A stretch of DNA of 64,000 nt from Iphione sp. A-MEVVRFRX5. Taxonomy: Eukaryota. The notes beneath the pieces are model-generated. The model had not been told where the DNA came from. It did no database searches and saw only the letters and a program-made list of their open reading frames with translations. Of this stretch, positions 8,641 through 21,403 are shown piece after piece. The first letter of the stretch is position 1. Each line of letters opens with the position of its first letter. The stretch covers positions 59,768,001-59,832,000 of the forward strand of contig OZ320317.1 in the NCBI GenBank assembly GCA_976226885.1, in the 5' to 3' direction. The position numbers and the translations under genes are program-made.

Positions 8641-10689
8641 TACATAGAGTAACTGATTCAGTAGTAGATTGAAACATGTGATTGTTTCGTGTTTTCCGAA
8701 TATATGAAAGGAAAATAAATTACATATTAATACAAATATTAGCATTACTTAATCTAGCATTCATAAATTTTTATCCCCCAAAACATACGTCGATAGCTGT
8801 ATCATCATGCCTTCTTAAATAAATGTAGAAATCACGTACTTTGGCAGACACACTTCCAGAGAATTATAACCTCGCCTCATTTTAGAGTTTAAATGTATAT
8901 GCATACATAATATTTGCACAGTTTTTGATTAGAGAATTTTCGGGAGTTGCCTTGGAGAACTAACTCACGTTATCTGTATACAGATGGAAACTTCAATTCC
9001 CGACGACTTACAGTTGAAATTTGGTGTCTGCTGCACTATTGACTGTCGAAACCGTCCCGTGTCTATGGCAATCAAATTTTAATCAATAAATCGCCATACT
9101 TTTCTGTCTTCAACATATTCTAAGAAAGCAAGAGAAATGCAATCTTTGCGGCCGTATATTTCATTGACTTGTTTGGTCTGATAGAATTAAGCGGGCTGTC
9201 CAATGCGGGTGTTATTGAACGGAGCGAGGCTTGGCGGCAGGATATGGTAGCGGTGACTCGGCCGACACCGCTGATAAGCATTTAGATGGAGGCGTATTGA
9301 TCAGACCCCAGCGGTGGCCACAAATGCAAGCAGCCTCCTCCTCTCCACCGCCTACTCCTACTCCTTCACTCCTCTGTTGTAGGAATCCACCGCTTTTCGT
9401 CCCGTTTCCCCATAACACGTCTAACGGCTGGGTGATTGCAGTATAGTAGTGGTTCAAAAACAGGCTGCAGGGAAATTTGTGCATTGCTCTAGCGTGTGAC
9501 AGTGAAAGGTATTTTTTGTGTGCTTATGTACATCTATCTTTCTGGTTCCTGCAACCCTACCAATCTGTCTCCATTATTATCTATCGGTTCGGACGCCTGT
9601 CTGTCTGTATGCCTCCTAGCTGTATGCGTCTCTTTTCATCCTCTTTCTCGTAAAATGTCTGACGGCTGGGTGACGGTATTATGGTGCACTGGAAAGGCAC
9701 CTTAGGGACATGTCCCCAATATGTACATACCTCTAATGAGAACACATTTGGAAAGAAAAGTTCTGTTTGTTACATATTAAAAGAAGTCTATAATAGGGGC
9801 GTGGCATAGGGGATAGATCGTGTCTGTCTGTGCAGGATCGGGATGCAAAGTTATGGCTTTTATTCATGCATATCTGTCTCTATAGTGGCTATGCTTCTAC
9901 CTGTCTCTTCTTACTGTATGTCCTTTTTAGTGTCTGCTTCCGACCCAGTTCGCATCGTTTCCCCTAAAATGTCTGAAGAGTCAATGACAGTAATATGACA
10001 GGAGGATACTTCAAGGGTTGGAGAAGCGTATGGCACCTGAGCACCACCTAGATATGGGAGGTTATGATTTGTGATTCTCTACATTATATTCGTGGTTCCT
10101 ACTCTTTTATTAGTCTGTCTCTCTGAATGTCTGGATGGATGTTGCTATGTCTATATGGCCCTCACACCCATACATACACATGACTTGTCCATTTTCGTCC
10201 AATACCCTTCTATGCCGCCACTGAATGTCTAGATCTCAGTGACCTATTTTTTCGCCTTTACGATGAAAAAAAGAATGTATTGGCATACAGATATCCTCCA
10301 ATCCGTTCGAAGCTATCCGTCCGCCTATAGCATCGATAGCGCTTGCCCCGAATAAAAAAACCTCACCTGGGGATACAAGCTGTTATTCGTCTCGATGGTG
10401 GGTGGAGGGGTTGAGGTGGTTACTAATCTAACCCAAGGCACAACGCCATCCTAAACGCGTGCCGAGGGCCGGCTTTTTGTTCATAGCGACAGCGTCCTAA
10501 GAACTTAATCATGTGTTTTACATGAGTGATCCAGTTCAATTTCAGCCTCTTCCAGCCCATTGCCCCACGTAGATTACACTTTGCATTGGCTGCTGTTGTC
10601 TGGCAGAGGCAGATGCCTTTGGTGTACGGGAAAAGGCTGCGGGTTGCCGCGGAAGGCGGCGGCTTGCCCTACTGCGTGTTGCGCATTGT

Positions 10690-11000
10690 CGCGGCCGGTC
10701 GCGCGCGACGATTAACTTCCTGACATCTATCCCGCGGCCATATTGTGTTGGCGTTTTGTCTGGATGCTGTGCGTTCACGCTCCAGAACGCCGCTGACAGA
10801 TGGAGCCACCGTCGGCGCATGCGCAACCATGCGCGAACGGGTCGCGTGCACACCGGAAATGGCCAGATGCGCAGATAGTGTAGCGCCATTTTGGATGGAA
10901 ATAAACCGCCATGATTGCCCAGCAATCTACAAGCGCGTATGCGCGGCCGGCTGAACTCGCAGCCCTCACCTGTTTAGTCAACTCGAAAATGTCGTCTGCT
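10690..11000. promoter_or_regulatory. CpG-rich promoter-like island
   Basis: NRF1-type GCGCATGCGC (10815-10824), YY1-type CGCCATTTTG (10884-10893) and GCGGCCATATT (~10734), ETS-type CCGGAAAT (10853-10860). Motif matches only. Confidence 0.4.
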
Positions 11001-12819
11001 CTTCTAAGTATTTTGCCGCCGAAAGCTACAACATAACGTCTAGATCAATAAAATCCAATCTCATCCAATCCGACTGATTATGGACAGCGTCCACCTTTAG
11101 ATATAAGCACTCTCGTGGCCATGCTCAACCATAGTATCGTATTATGTGCATGCCATTTGCAAATGACTGCCCGGCAACCAGGCGAATGACCGATAATTTG
11201 TATTGCCTGCCCTTGGCAAACTTATTGTTTCAACAATGAGCGACGTCATCAATAATTCATAGAGAGGCAGACAAATGAAAACGTATAGCACTAACCAAAA
11301 ACGGGTGTGCTACTTATCTAACACCACATCGGCATCACTGGATCAAGATTAGCTAAAGGGTTGCACGTTCTACATAGAATTCATCACTGTAGATAAATGC
11401 CAGTCCATTAATGTAGTCCTGTGTATGAGAATAAATCCACTCCCGACTTACATAACCATAAGCTTCTGGTGACAGGTAGTGCAGAAACGTCGTTCATAGT
11501 CTCACCAAAAGATTGACGTCTAAAGATAACTTCCATTAAAATGCCTTACATCGGCATTGCATCATCAAGTATTTTTTAAATGATTGCGTTTTGCTATCGT
11601 CCATATCCGCCCTTTCTCGGTCCAGAGCTCAGGGTCTCATTAATTTAGCCTATCCGACTACAAATTATAACAGTTTGTATATAAAACACTGAACTCCTTA
11701 TATACATGTATAAAATATGGCTTATCTCCTTTCCGACCATTAATTGATTCGATCAGCACTTTGACAAATCCATACTAAATATCTGCCCCTTTATCAAGAA
11801 GCACCTCTTGAAATAAAATTCCACTTTATATGCATTTATTTTATATTACATATACCCAGGAGGGAAATATAGATTCCAAGACAAAAAATGTCAGTGAGAT
11901 ATGCTCTTATCGCCTGGGTGCAGTGCTGTTGTTACTGGTTGCCATCGTAGGTTTTCGAAGCGCTGTCCATAGCTCCGTTCCTATGTCTCTGAGGATGAAA
12001 TTACAACGTAGTCGTGCGAGATGCAAGACTGACGAGAACTGAAGTTTGGTTGCCTTCTTCCGAAATCTCCGAGCGCCCAGACAATAATACCTCAGCCATA
12101 CCGTGGTTTAATTGTTCAGGGCCAGCATTCCCCGCTTTTGGCGGGAAAACTGGGCGAACATCACGACGTCGTCTGCTCGATTACACATCGGGGTGGAAGT
12201 CAGAGCACAACCCAATTATCCAGAAAAGACTTGGGGAGCTCTGCCCTGATCGAAGAAGTGCCATCCATCATGGCACCATCCAACAAGGAATTATGGGTAA
12301 ACAGACGCAGGACGCTGTCTATATCTCTGTCCCGATCAATCATTGCACGGCGGCGCTTCAAGCGGCCACACCGGGGCCCACCAAGCACCCGCAGACAAAA
12401 GACATTATGGTTTCGCCCGTCAAGTCCCCCTCTCCTCATGCAGACAAGATACACTCCCAGAGCCGTCATATTAAGACGTACATTTCATCCGGTGATCTCA
12501 CAGTTCACTATACAAATATCCTCACTTCTCACGTCACACGCACTGACAGACACATCCACATCACACAAGAGAAAGACGAATCTCGTTTCCTCCTGCTCTC
12601 TCCTGTTGTTCCTCAACGTTGGATTTCCTCTTTAACATTTGCAACAATTAGCCGCTTTCCATCCGCCGTTAAAAAAAACGCCTGTTTTGGTGGACATTAA
12701 ATACAAAACTGCCTTGCTCTTTAACGAGGAAACCCTGTCCGTCTTTAATACACATTAAATACGTCCATTAAAGTTTCCGTTGACGGCCGCAGACACGAGT
12801 GCTGCTGCCTGATCTTTGA

Positions 12820-12836
12820 CAGCGCCCCCTGTTGGG
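12820..12836 (-). promoter_or_regulatory. CTCF-like core motif
   Basis: Minus strand CCCAACAGGGGGCGCTG versus consensus CCASYAGRKGGCRS. Confidence 0.45.
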
Positions 12837-12955
12837 CCCAGATTACCCCGAACCGCTGATCGGGCGGTTACGCCGCCGTCGGCAATGATCGGGTACTCTT
12901 GGCCTTGATCCCTAATCATTACGTCATCCATCGATCGTCAGAACATAACACCGGC

Positions 12956-13000
12956 TGACACGAGATGACATGAGATGATACGAGATGACACAGGATGACA
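12956..13000. repeat. 10-bp tandem repeat (CGAGATGACA, about 4.5 copies)
   Basis: tgaca cgagatgaca tgagatgata cgagatgaca caggatgaca. Confidence 0.85.
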
Positions 13001-16000
13001 TCAATTACCTAGTAACGATGCGCCGCCTACCTACTGTACTTGGGACTTCCCACATACAGAGAGGGCCCTGTTATACCCGAAAATGAAGACGTGTCCTTCG
13101 TCCTTGGTGATATATTGGCTGATCCTCAGCAGTTATTCCGCAATGAGCGCATGGATATCAACAGAACATACAACTAAGATCACCAACGTGTACTTCATGT
13201 AACTCTAATTATCCATTTTGAGCGATATCAAGGGGATACTACGTGGTCGCTCCGTTATTTGTAATCTTTTCAGAGTTACTTCGGTGGACGGCTACTCATG
13301 CAAGAAGCCGATACGTTGACGATGGACACTTGTAGTTCCGGCATGGGCACCCAAATTCGTTGTCGAACGGAAATCCAGGGTCTCTTCGGGAACTAATCAC
13401 ACGTGACCTTTGGCAATGGCTGCAAGATGAGACGGGTTAAAAGAGAATGGTGCCTGTAGCCACATCCAGTCCATGAACTCAGAATACATTTAGGAAGAAA
13501 AAAAAAGGGTCGCGAAATTATATGTAAATACCAACTGAAAAGAATAAAGCTTAGATTTTCTTTAAACTATCGTTAGGACTCGTCATACGAATTAATTCAT
13601 CACGTAGGCGATCCTTTATGAACACAATGTTTTTATTGGCCGAAAATTGCTGCTCCCTGTCGAATGTCCTAGACCTTAAAGACTCAAAAAATACATTCCC
13701 ATTGAATAAACGTAGATAGCTTACTCCCCATGTATCCCTCTGCATTTCTGTCTACCTTCCTGTCTTTGGTTGGCCTCCTGCCACCCATTATATCCCAGCC
13801 CATTGCCCCCCTACCGACCTCTTCTTTCCTCTATTGACAAGGTTTGCGGGTTTGTTCAAATGTTCCATCTCTCTCGCACATCAAATGAAGGCAAAAATGG
13901 ACGCCATTGTCGTGTTCCGCCGGTTAACCAATGTTCATCGGCTTCGAACAGACGATAACCACCATTTTGGGCGGCGGAAAAAAGCCTTCTGCCGTTGATT
14001 TTTCGCTAGTTTGCAGCCTAATCATCACATTGTCCTTTCTAAAAGCAACTTCCGAATGCAAGCATGAATAATTTCCAAAGCAAACGACCCTAATTGGCTG
14101 AATTTCCCGCGGGAAAGCGGCGCGTCTAATTGAAATGAGTAAATTGTCTAAAACCAGTGGAGCCGAGGGACCGCCACACAGCACTCCTAGCGGCCGACTG
14201 AAGAAGCATGGGCTGCATGGTGCGTAGAAGTGATAAGTTTTAAGTGATAAGCGCAGCGCGCTCAAGGTGAATTATGAAGGCCGCCGAGGCAGTCGCATGA
14301 CGCATGCACATTGAGAGGGCGTGGATGTGCGCGACCGACAGGTTGGCAGGATGTAACATTAACACTGTTCCCTTCGCCGTGAGTGCCTCCACAAGGAGGC
14401 TGACGGGGTGGGGAGGCAGGGAGGGGCAAGAAATCTGAAAATTATAGCCGAGCCATTGATGGTCACCACCACGACGACGGTGACCAATGGAGATTGAGTA
14501 AGGGTGTCGGTGTAGCGTCGTTTTGCTGATCACATACTACAATAACAGTAATATAATTTCTGGGTAAAACGTATGCAGAGAGGAGCACGAACACATATTC
14601 CGTCGTATAGAAAGAGGCAGAAAGGACCATAGGAACAAAAAGCAAGAACACATAGGCATTACAGTTTATACATCATGATTAACGATAAATACAATAAATC
14701 ATTCATGATTGCAACTATACATGTTGTGCATATAAAGAAGTAAATGTGTGTCACTTTATACAATAGCTCCATTAAAATTTAGCGAGATTCAAAACGGTTC
14801 CAGCAAGATACTTTGGAAATCTAACGTTTGGTATATGTCGTACTATTTTATCTGTGTTGATAAATAGTGGACGACGATAGCAACAAAATATAAAGACTGT
14901 ATTTTAGTATATGTACATGTATGCTGCATCTTGTGGGTAATGGCACTGACTACTATCTATGAAATGTAAGTGAACAGGTACCACATGTTTTTGGTGACCC
15001 TCTAGAGCTTGGGCTGGCTATCTGCATACAACAACATGAGTGTATGCTAAGACACACACCTACTCTCCATACTTAATGCTTTCTAACCATGCATCCCGTT
15101 TCCTACATCTAACGCATGTCTGTCAGTTTTATTGTGTTAATTTGTTTTTACTGTATTTATTAATATCTGTAGGCTGACGTGGCAATGACTGGGGTCTGGC
15201 AAAATGCGTTATCACGCATAGCCCAGCCTTTTAGATTCATGCCAAGTGGCTAACATGACATAGGTCATGTGATATCCTCGCAGCGACCGCATCCATAACA
15301 ACCGTCGCCATGACAACGGCTGTCCTACGAAAGCGAATCGATACGTCATCGAGCGGATGTAGTTTGGCAGTGCTTCGCTTGTGACCAGCGCATTGACTGC
15401 GGCCTTCTATCGGGGCTGCCTATTTTATTGAGGCACCCTACGCTATTGACGCGTCTTGTGATATTACCTTATCTAATGGCATCGTCTTATCATTTTCCTG
15501 CCACAACAAAAAGCCTTTCTCTGCCAGTGCGAGTTAATGAATATCCAGAACGTCTACAAATGTATATATACAAACCTGTATAAATACATACATGTATATG
15601 CATCTACGCATACATACAGAGATATACGTGTGAGTTTGTATGTAAGTGTGTAAGTGCCAATCATCATATATTTCTTGTTATACAGCAAACAACAATAGTG
15701 TGTATAAGTTGGGGGGAAAGTAGAGAAAGTTTGGAAGAAAGAAAAAGCAATGGCAAAGAAACAAAAAAACGTTCATAAACACCCCACCGATGCAGTACAT
15801 CTACCCGCTTCTAAGGAAGATGATCATTGTATGTTTTTCTTATGAGGACACTGGAGAAATAGTCACTGTCAGAAATATCAAACCTGTGACTTGAAATATT
15901 GTATTATAAGCCACACAAGTCACACAATGACACATTTTGAAATTTATTTTCTTGTTATGAACACACCATATTTATGCACGACAGCTAGGTCATTGATACG

Positions 16001-17214
16001 TTTTCTATTACCATGGAGAAAGCACTTAATGATGGGCTGGTGATCGTCTTTGGAAGACCGAGCCGCGATTAGACTCTTAATTAACATTTAGATCAGTTCC
16101 TGACTAACAGGCCCCCTACAGGAGCTTCACGTTACTTAAGCGATCTCAAACTAGGCGTAGTTGCTCGCCGTCTTCTTCCTTCAGTACACTCTTTATCCAT
16201 TTCCCCTTCTCTTACTTCTGATGTTTACTGTCTGACTCCTGAGCCTGTCCAAAAGCGTTCCTCATCTAATTTAGTTGGCGCAGAAAGTATATCTACGTGA
16301 ACCCTCAAATGAAGCCAAACAAGCGTCATTGAAAAGGTGACGGGGAGCTCGAAGGATCAGGAATCCAATCGATAAACCACCCTCACACCTGTCCACTCGA
16401 AGCAGGTGACAGTCACTAAAAGCTAGGTCACTTCAGGTGTGTGTACCCAGTGTGAGAGCCAAGTGGGTGCGACAGCACCTGCACATGGGCGTGTCTGGGT
16501 CTCTGCCTATAGTTAATGCGGGATATACTCGACGATGTGTAGGAGTCATTTTTTCTCGGTTTCTCCATTCGCCTCCCCTACAATTTCTCTTCCAGGCATG
16601 AGAATGTAACTATAGGTAGTAACACATCGAGTTTACTCAGATTTCGTCAGCATGAGGAAACTGATAAGAAGAAATTACTGCTTTACTCTTGATATGAAAT
16701 GTAATCAAAGGAATTAATGATAACTTTGAGCCGCAAATTCCTCACAAAGGACGTATCTCTTTCCGGCATTTTTCGAATCTCTACCCGCGTGCGCCTTCTT
16801 GATACAATGATCTATTTTCTACAGGATTGTAATTCTTCGTCGACGTGTCTGAAATCAAAACGCCTACTACTTCATGTAATGTCCACTGGATTGCTGGTTG
16901 AAGTACTCACTGTTGTGAACTTCTTTTGTCCATACAATCCCTGGCCCCTTGCATTGACCTTCTCAGGTCACCTCCATTCCCCATCAGTTGTCTCCCAATG
17001 CTATGGCCCATGACCGACACAACCCCTTCGTTCCCATCCCCCCACATGCCCATTCATCGTGGCAAGAAGCCGCCCAGGGTAGCTGTCACCAACAGATAGG
17101 AATTAACCAGTGGCCAGTATTGGTAGTAGTGAGACTACCTTGTTGGTTTGTCTGCACTGGCTTCATGTAGGGAAGCCCCAGGTCAGATAATTATGGTTCC
17201 ATCCTAGAGTAAAA

Positions 17215-17280
17215 CAGGAACCGGTTTTCTGGGACTAAGGTATTCATGTACATGTAGTCCCGCCCTGACCACTAAGCCCT
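17215..17280 (-). mobile_element. Possible tRNA-derived SINE head (degenerate)
   Basis: A-box-like GCTTAGTGGTCAGGGC, a 7-bp stem GGGACTA/TAGTCCC in the anticodon-arm position, then CCGGTTC. The B box is incomplete. Confidence 0.3.
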
Positions 17281-18699
17281 CTTACATCAAGGGTATATTA
17301 CTTTGTGTACGATACGTTTGTTCATCTTAGTCCGGCCGTCGCTTGATAAAAATGGTTTTAAATCTGAAAATGGCCTTCCATTTAAGAGGACAATGCACCA
17401 GCTGACCACAGACAGGACGGATATGATAAGTCGAGGAAATCGTCGGGGGCAGCGAAAAATCTTAACATTTCAAATCCAAGCAACACGTGTCAAGCCAAAC
17501 GCCAGATGACCGTGTACGCACTACGATGCAGTTAAGGACCGTTTCCATATGTGCGTGAGTGTTCGTGTGCATTGCTGTGCATAGACGTGCGTATTTTCCA
17601 TCACACTGGCTTTAATGTACTGGTTTTCATTGCTGCATAGATGTGCGTGTGCATAAGTGTGCATACAGCATGTATGGTCTGTTTTTGGTACATGCTCAAT
17701 AATTTTATGCACGCACACACACAGGGTTACACACGGTGATTTCTTCATATTTCTTCATATAGGAGACCCATGGGAGACACATGGGAAACATTTGGGGGAC
17801 ATACGGGAGACGTATGAAAAATGGTGGTTTTTCCAGTCATTTTTGGTGTTTTTAGGCCTATTTCCCATTAATGTTGCCAGTTTTCTATGAAATAAACAAG
17901 TTTTTGGTAATTTTTTGCTGTTTTTCATAATTTTTCACACACCCTTATGCACTGTCTCCGATGCACATCAATGGACACCCCCCCTTAGTGTGAGGAAGCC
18001 ATATCTGCGAAGCCTTGCAGGAACCTTTTTCATGGCAGGCTTTGCATCGAGACATTCACACAAGACTTCGCAGGTATGGAAACCGGGCCTAAGTCTAATC
18101 GCATTTGTTTACAGTAGAGTCTCTCTATATAGTGGTCAGTATTGCTGGTGGGTGACTACATTATTCTATATCAAATAGAGAATTATTCCACGTTGAATCT
18201 ATGCATGAACAGGTATGGCCCCTAAACGGGAATAACTAGTAGGGGGGGGGCAGTACATGTATTGGGGTATAGAGAAGAATCGCATGACTAGAGACATTTA
18301 GGGTGTGTCCTTTATGGTACATGTATAATGTATACCGCAAACATGGTGCCATTCCTACCAAAGGTTTCCCCACTCGAACGCTGTCCCCGGTCATGGGGGA
18401 CACAAGACATTAGATTCTTCTATATATATGTCAAATAAGGAGTTTATTTGGCTACTGATATAAGAACAGACACTGGCGTACCCCAGTCATCCTGCCAACA
18501 CAAACAGGTTGGGTGACGACAGGGTGACGCTACGATACTAATGGAATATATTTGGTAACGGCCGTGACTCTGATTGAACATTTTGAGCAGTTCACACGCC
18601 ATTTGACATAGACCTGGTTCTGGCTTCGATTAAGAATTTTCTCGCCTTATGTCACAGCAAGACTTTGTTCGTAGTGTCATGAATGACACCAAATCGTGC

Positions 18700-21085
18700 T
18701 GAAAAATCAACATTGTGAAAGGATGCTTCTAGTGACCCAGTTTCTAGGGTGATAGCAAAAGGAGATTCCTTGGACTCTGATGATGATATCTCATCTTCGA
18801 GCGATTCTAAAGCTGATGTAGCTAAGAAATCAAGGGGAAAATCCTCTGGTAAGAGGAGGGCTTTCAATGCTTCATCTGCTGCCAAGGTGAAAGAAATTAA
18901 GACATTTGATGAACATTTCCTGGGTTCGGTGAAATTGGTTCGGCGGTGCCTAAAGCAGGGAGTGGAAATTTCCGGTCACCTTAGTCAGATAACTTTTTTG
19001 TCAGAGGAACATAGTATAAATGTATACGAAGATGGGTCTTTCATTGAGTATGACAAGGATGTGAGGAAACATGCTGAAAAAAAACGGTGTTTCAAGTTTT
19101 AGCTCTGGAGATGATGAGCTGCCGAGTCACCTTATTTTTGGCACGATGGTGCAATCCTCTAAGAGTCGTAAAGTAGGTCAGAAGATGAATTCAAAGCAAA
19201 ACATTGATTCTAGTAAACGTTCATGGTGTATTACAGATTCAATTATGACACTTGCCATCATAGTTGTCTTGTTTGCGGAAATTCTGACCGTAAGGCTTTG
19301 GAACGAGTATCGAACGTTGGCACTGATGGCAACAGCAAAAAGTAGAAAGGTAATAAAATGATGGTAAAATGTAATTATACGCTGACGACTTAGCTATAGT
19401 GGTCCGGGTAGAAAGCTCGGGAAATGTGTCAATCGTATGAATGCCGACCTGGCTAAAGTACAAAGGTGGTATGGAAAAGACAGGCTGATGTTGAATATTC
19501 GAAAATCGAAATATATATGCTGTGCAGCATCAGAGGAGGTGTGAAGAGAGAGACCATTGGTGGTTTGAAGTTGCAAGGTGAGAGCCAAGGTCGGTGCTCG
19601 CTATACGACTACCTATGTACAATGACTAACGAACGGCTAACATATAATGAGCACTGTAATATGGTATTACGGAAGCCGAGACAGAGAGAATACATGTTCA
19701 GAAAGACATGGGCCTAATATAAAGAGCGAAACAAGTATGATGGTGTTGAAGGTTATGTTACAACCAGTCATCAGTTATGGAAGCTGTGTTATGGAACAGG
19801 ACATCCAGTATTGGCTGGAAAAAAAACTTCATAGTTTCATCTCGAAAATGTGCTATTCCTGCTTTGGTTTCAGATGATTTGGGTTGGTGGCTACCCTTTA
19901 CTAGGATTTTCAATGGAGCTGGTAAGATTATGAACTGCAGTAGTCCTAGCTTTGTATGTTTCACTTAATCCTCTTTTTCTGGTTTTGAAGGTAATTCTGA
20001 TTTTGGCTGCTTCTTAGACTATTAGAATACGAAATATGAGATCATTAGTTGTGGTCATGGTGAAAAAGTCCCGATTTCAGAGTTGTGTGGAAAGAATACT
20101 TATGTGAAGACATGAAGTCAAAAGTGAAAGTCAAGGATAACACTCAAGTGATGTACCGGTACATGTATATGTTGAAGACTGGAAGGAGTACTAACAAGAC
20201 CTCTATGAGGTGATTAAAAGAAATGTTTTGGACATGCATGGTCTATAACATCGATCTGAAATGTGATTATGCCAATACTAAGGAAAACATAGTTGCAGAT
20301 TTTCTTTTCAGATTCTTTAATAATTTGAGAGTTGATAATGCTAGATGGTCTTTTCGGTTAGAGATGGTTTGTAAGAAGCTTCTTCTTGGTTGCAGGGATA
20401 AGAGTAAAGCTGAAAATACCTTGAGGACAAGAAGAAGGCAAGAAGAGATGTACTTCAAATTTTGTAAGAAAAATGATTAATCGTTTATCCTGGTGATCTA
20501 CTTCAATTTAGAGGTATTGTGTTTGTTTGAGTTTGGTCATGACTCCAAGTTGAGTAGCGAATTACTTAAGTGCAGTAATTTATGAGCATAATTGAATGAT
20601 TTGTTAATGCCTGATATCCGTTCTAATACTATTCAGTGGATGATTTCTGGGTTAAAAAGGTATTATAATGGTCCAAGTTTGGCCTCTAAAGGTTTGACAG
20701 TGGAGGATCTGTTATTAATCTTCAAAATTCTTCATGTATATAACTATCTGTTTTAGTCGGCAATTCTGTTGGGATTTACATGTCTTCTGAGGGAGAAACA
20801 AGATGGTATTAGGAGGAAGGATGTGGCTTTCTGTAGGGGTAGAGTGTTTATAACAGTGCTGGAATCAAAGACAGATCAATTTGGCAAAGACCCTAGGGAG
20901 TTGGTTGTTTCAATTTGTAATGTTATGAGACTGTCTGTTCTGTTGGTTGAAACGTGGGCTTTCATTGGTTAAGATCGGTGATTCAGATCCTATTCTCAGT
21001 TGGGTTGGAGGAGGTGTTAAATGTCTCCTTGGGTATGAGAGGTTTCAATATCATCTTAAACCTGTTTGTAAGGTAGCATCGATTA
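18700..21085 (+). mobile_element. Decayed Ngaro-like (DIRS order) tyrosine-recombinase retrotransposon, own RT core missing, YR 3'-truncated
   Basis: gag-like: HLSQITFLS...EYDKDVRKH and a Cys/His finger YRFN..TCHHSCLVCG (~19230-19300). RNase H: DDLGWWLPFTRIFNG, FT*SSFSGFEG, DNTQV, ENIVADFLFRF (19860-20320). YR: AENTLRT...YFKFC, NYLSAV, AILLGFTCLLRE...DVAF...SKTDQFGK (20400-20900). Many stops and frameshifts. Confidence 0.8.
19340..19850 (+). mobile_element. Decayed non-LTR (CR1/L2-like) reverse transcriptase C-terminal fragment
   Basis: With frameshifts: LYADDLAIVV, MNADLAKVQRWYGKDRLMLNIRKSKYIC, YDYL...LTYNEHCNMVLRKPRQREYMFRK, VMLQPVISYGSCV. These are the RT domain 5-7 and thumb signatures of CR1/L2-type LINEs. 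Confidence 0.75.
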
Positions 21086-21231
21086 ATGACCCAACCCCAT
21101 TTCTGACCATTTAAGATGGGAACAAAAATCATAATTTCTATGCGAACTGTCATCAATTTACACCCAAACTCGCCAATACAACCATGGTACCAAGTGGTGG
21201 TCGCAAAAATAGGGTTTTGTACTATGCCATA

Positions 21232-21403
21232 CAGTCGAAACTCGCCAACCAGAGACTAATTATCCAGAAAACTACATTAACTGGACTTAACTTAAGGAAC
21301 GGATGTATTTTTATCAATGATTTCTTGTTTTAGTAACCGGATTATTCAGTATTCGACCAAAAATCAATGCGATGGACCTAATCCGTTTACCGAGTTTCGA
21401 CTG
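21232..21403. mobile_element. Tc1/mariner-pogo (Tigger-like) MITE, 172 bp
   Basis: Perfect 13-bp TIR CAGTCGAAACTCG / CGAGTTTCGACTG, flanked by TA on both sides. Confidence 0.85.

Noticed and set aside
9440-9475. WFKNR homeobox-like peptide (also WFQHKR at ~7462)
   Set aside because: The 9440 site is preceded by in-frame stops. In both cases the flanking residues do not fit helix 3 (no RRAK/KWKK), and no helix 1-2 was found.
12014-12700. 228-aa and 165-aa overlapping ORFs
   Set aside because: No family resemblance or coherent codon bias; several frames are open because of local GC content.
17710-17945. Strand-biased segment starting CAGGGTT, possible hAT MITE
   Set aside because: No matching inverted terminus or TSD could be found.
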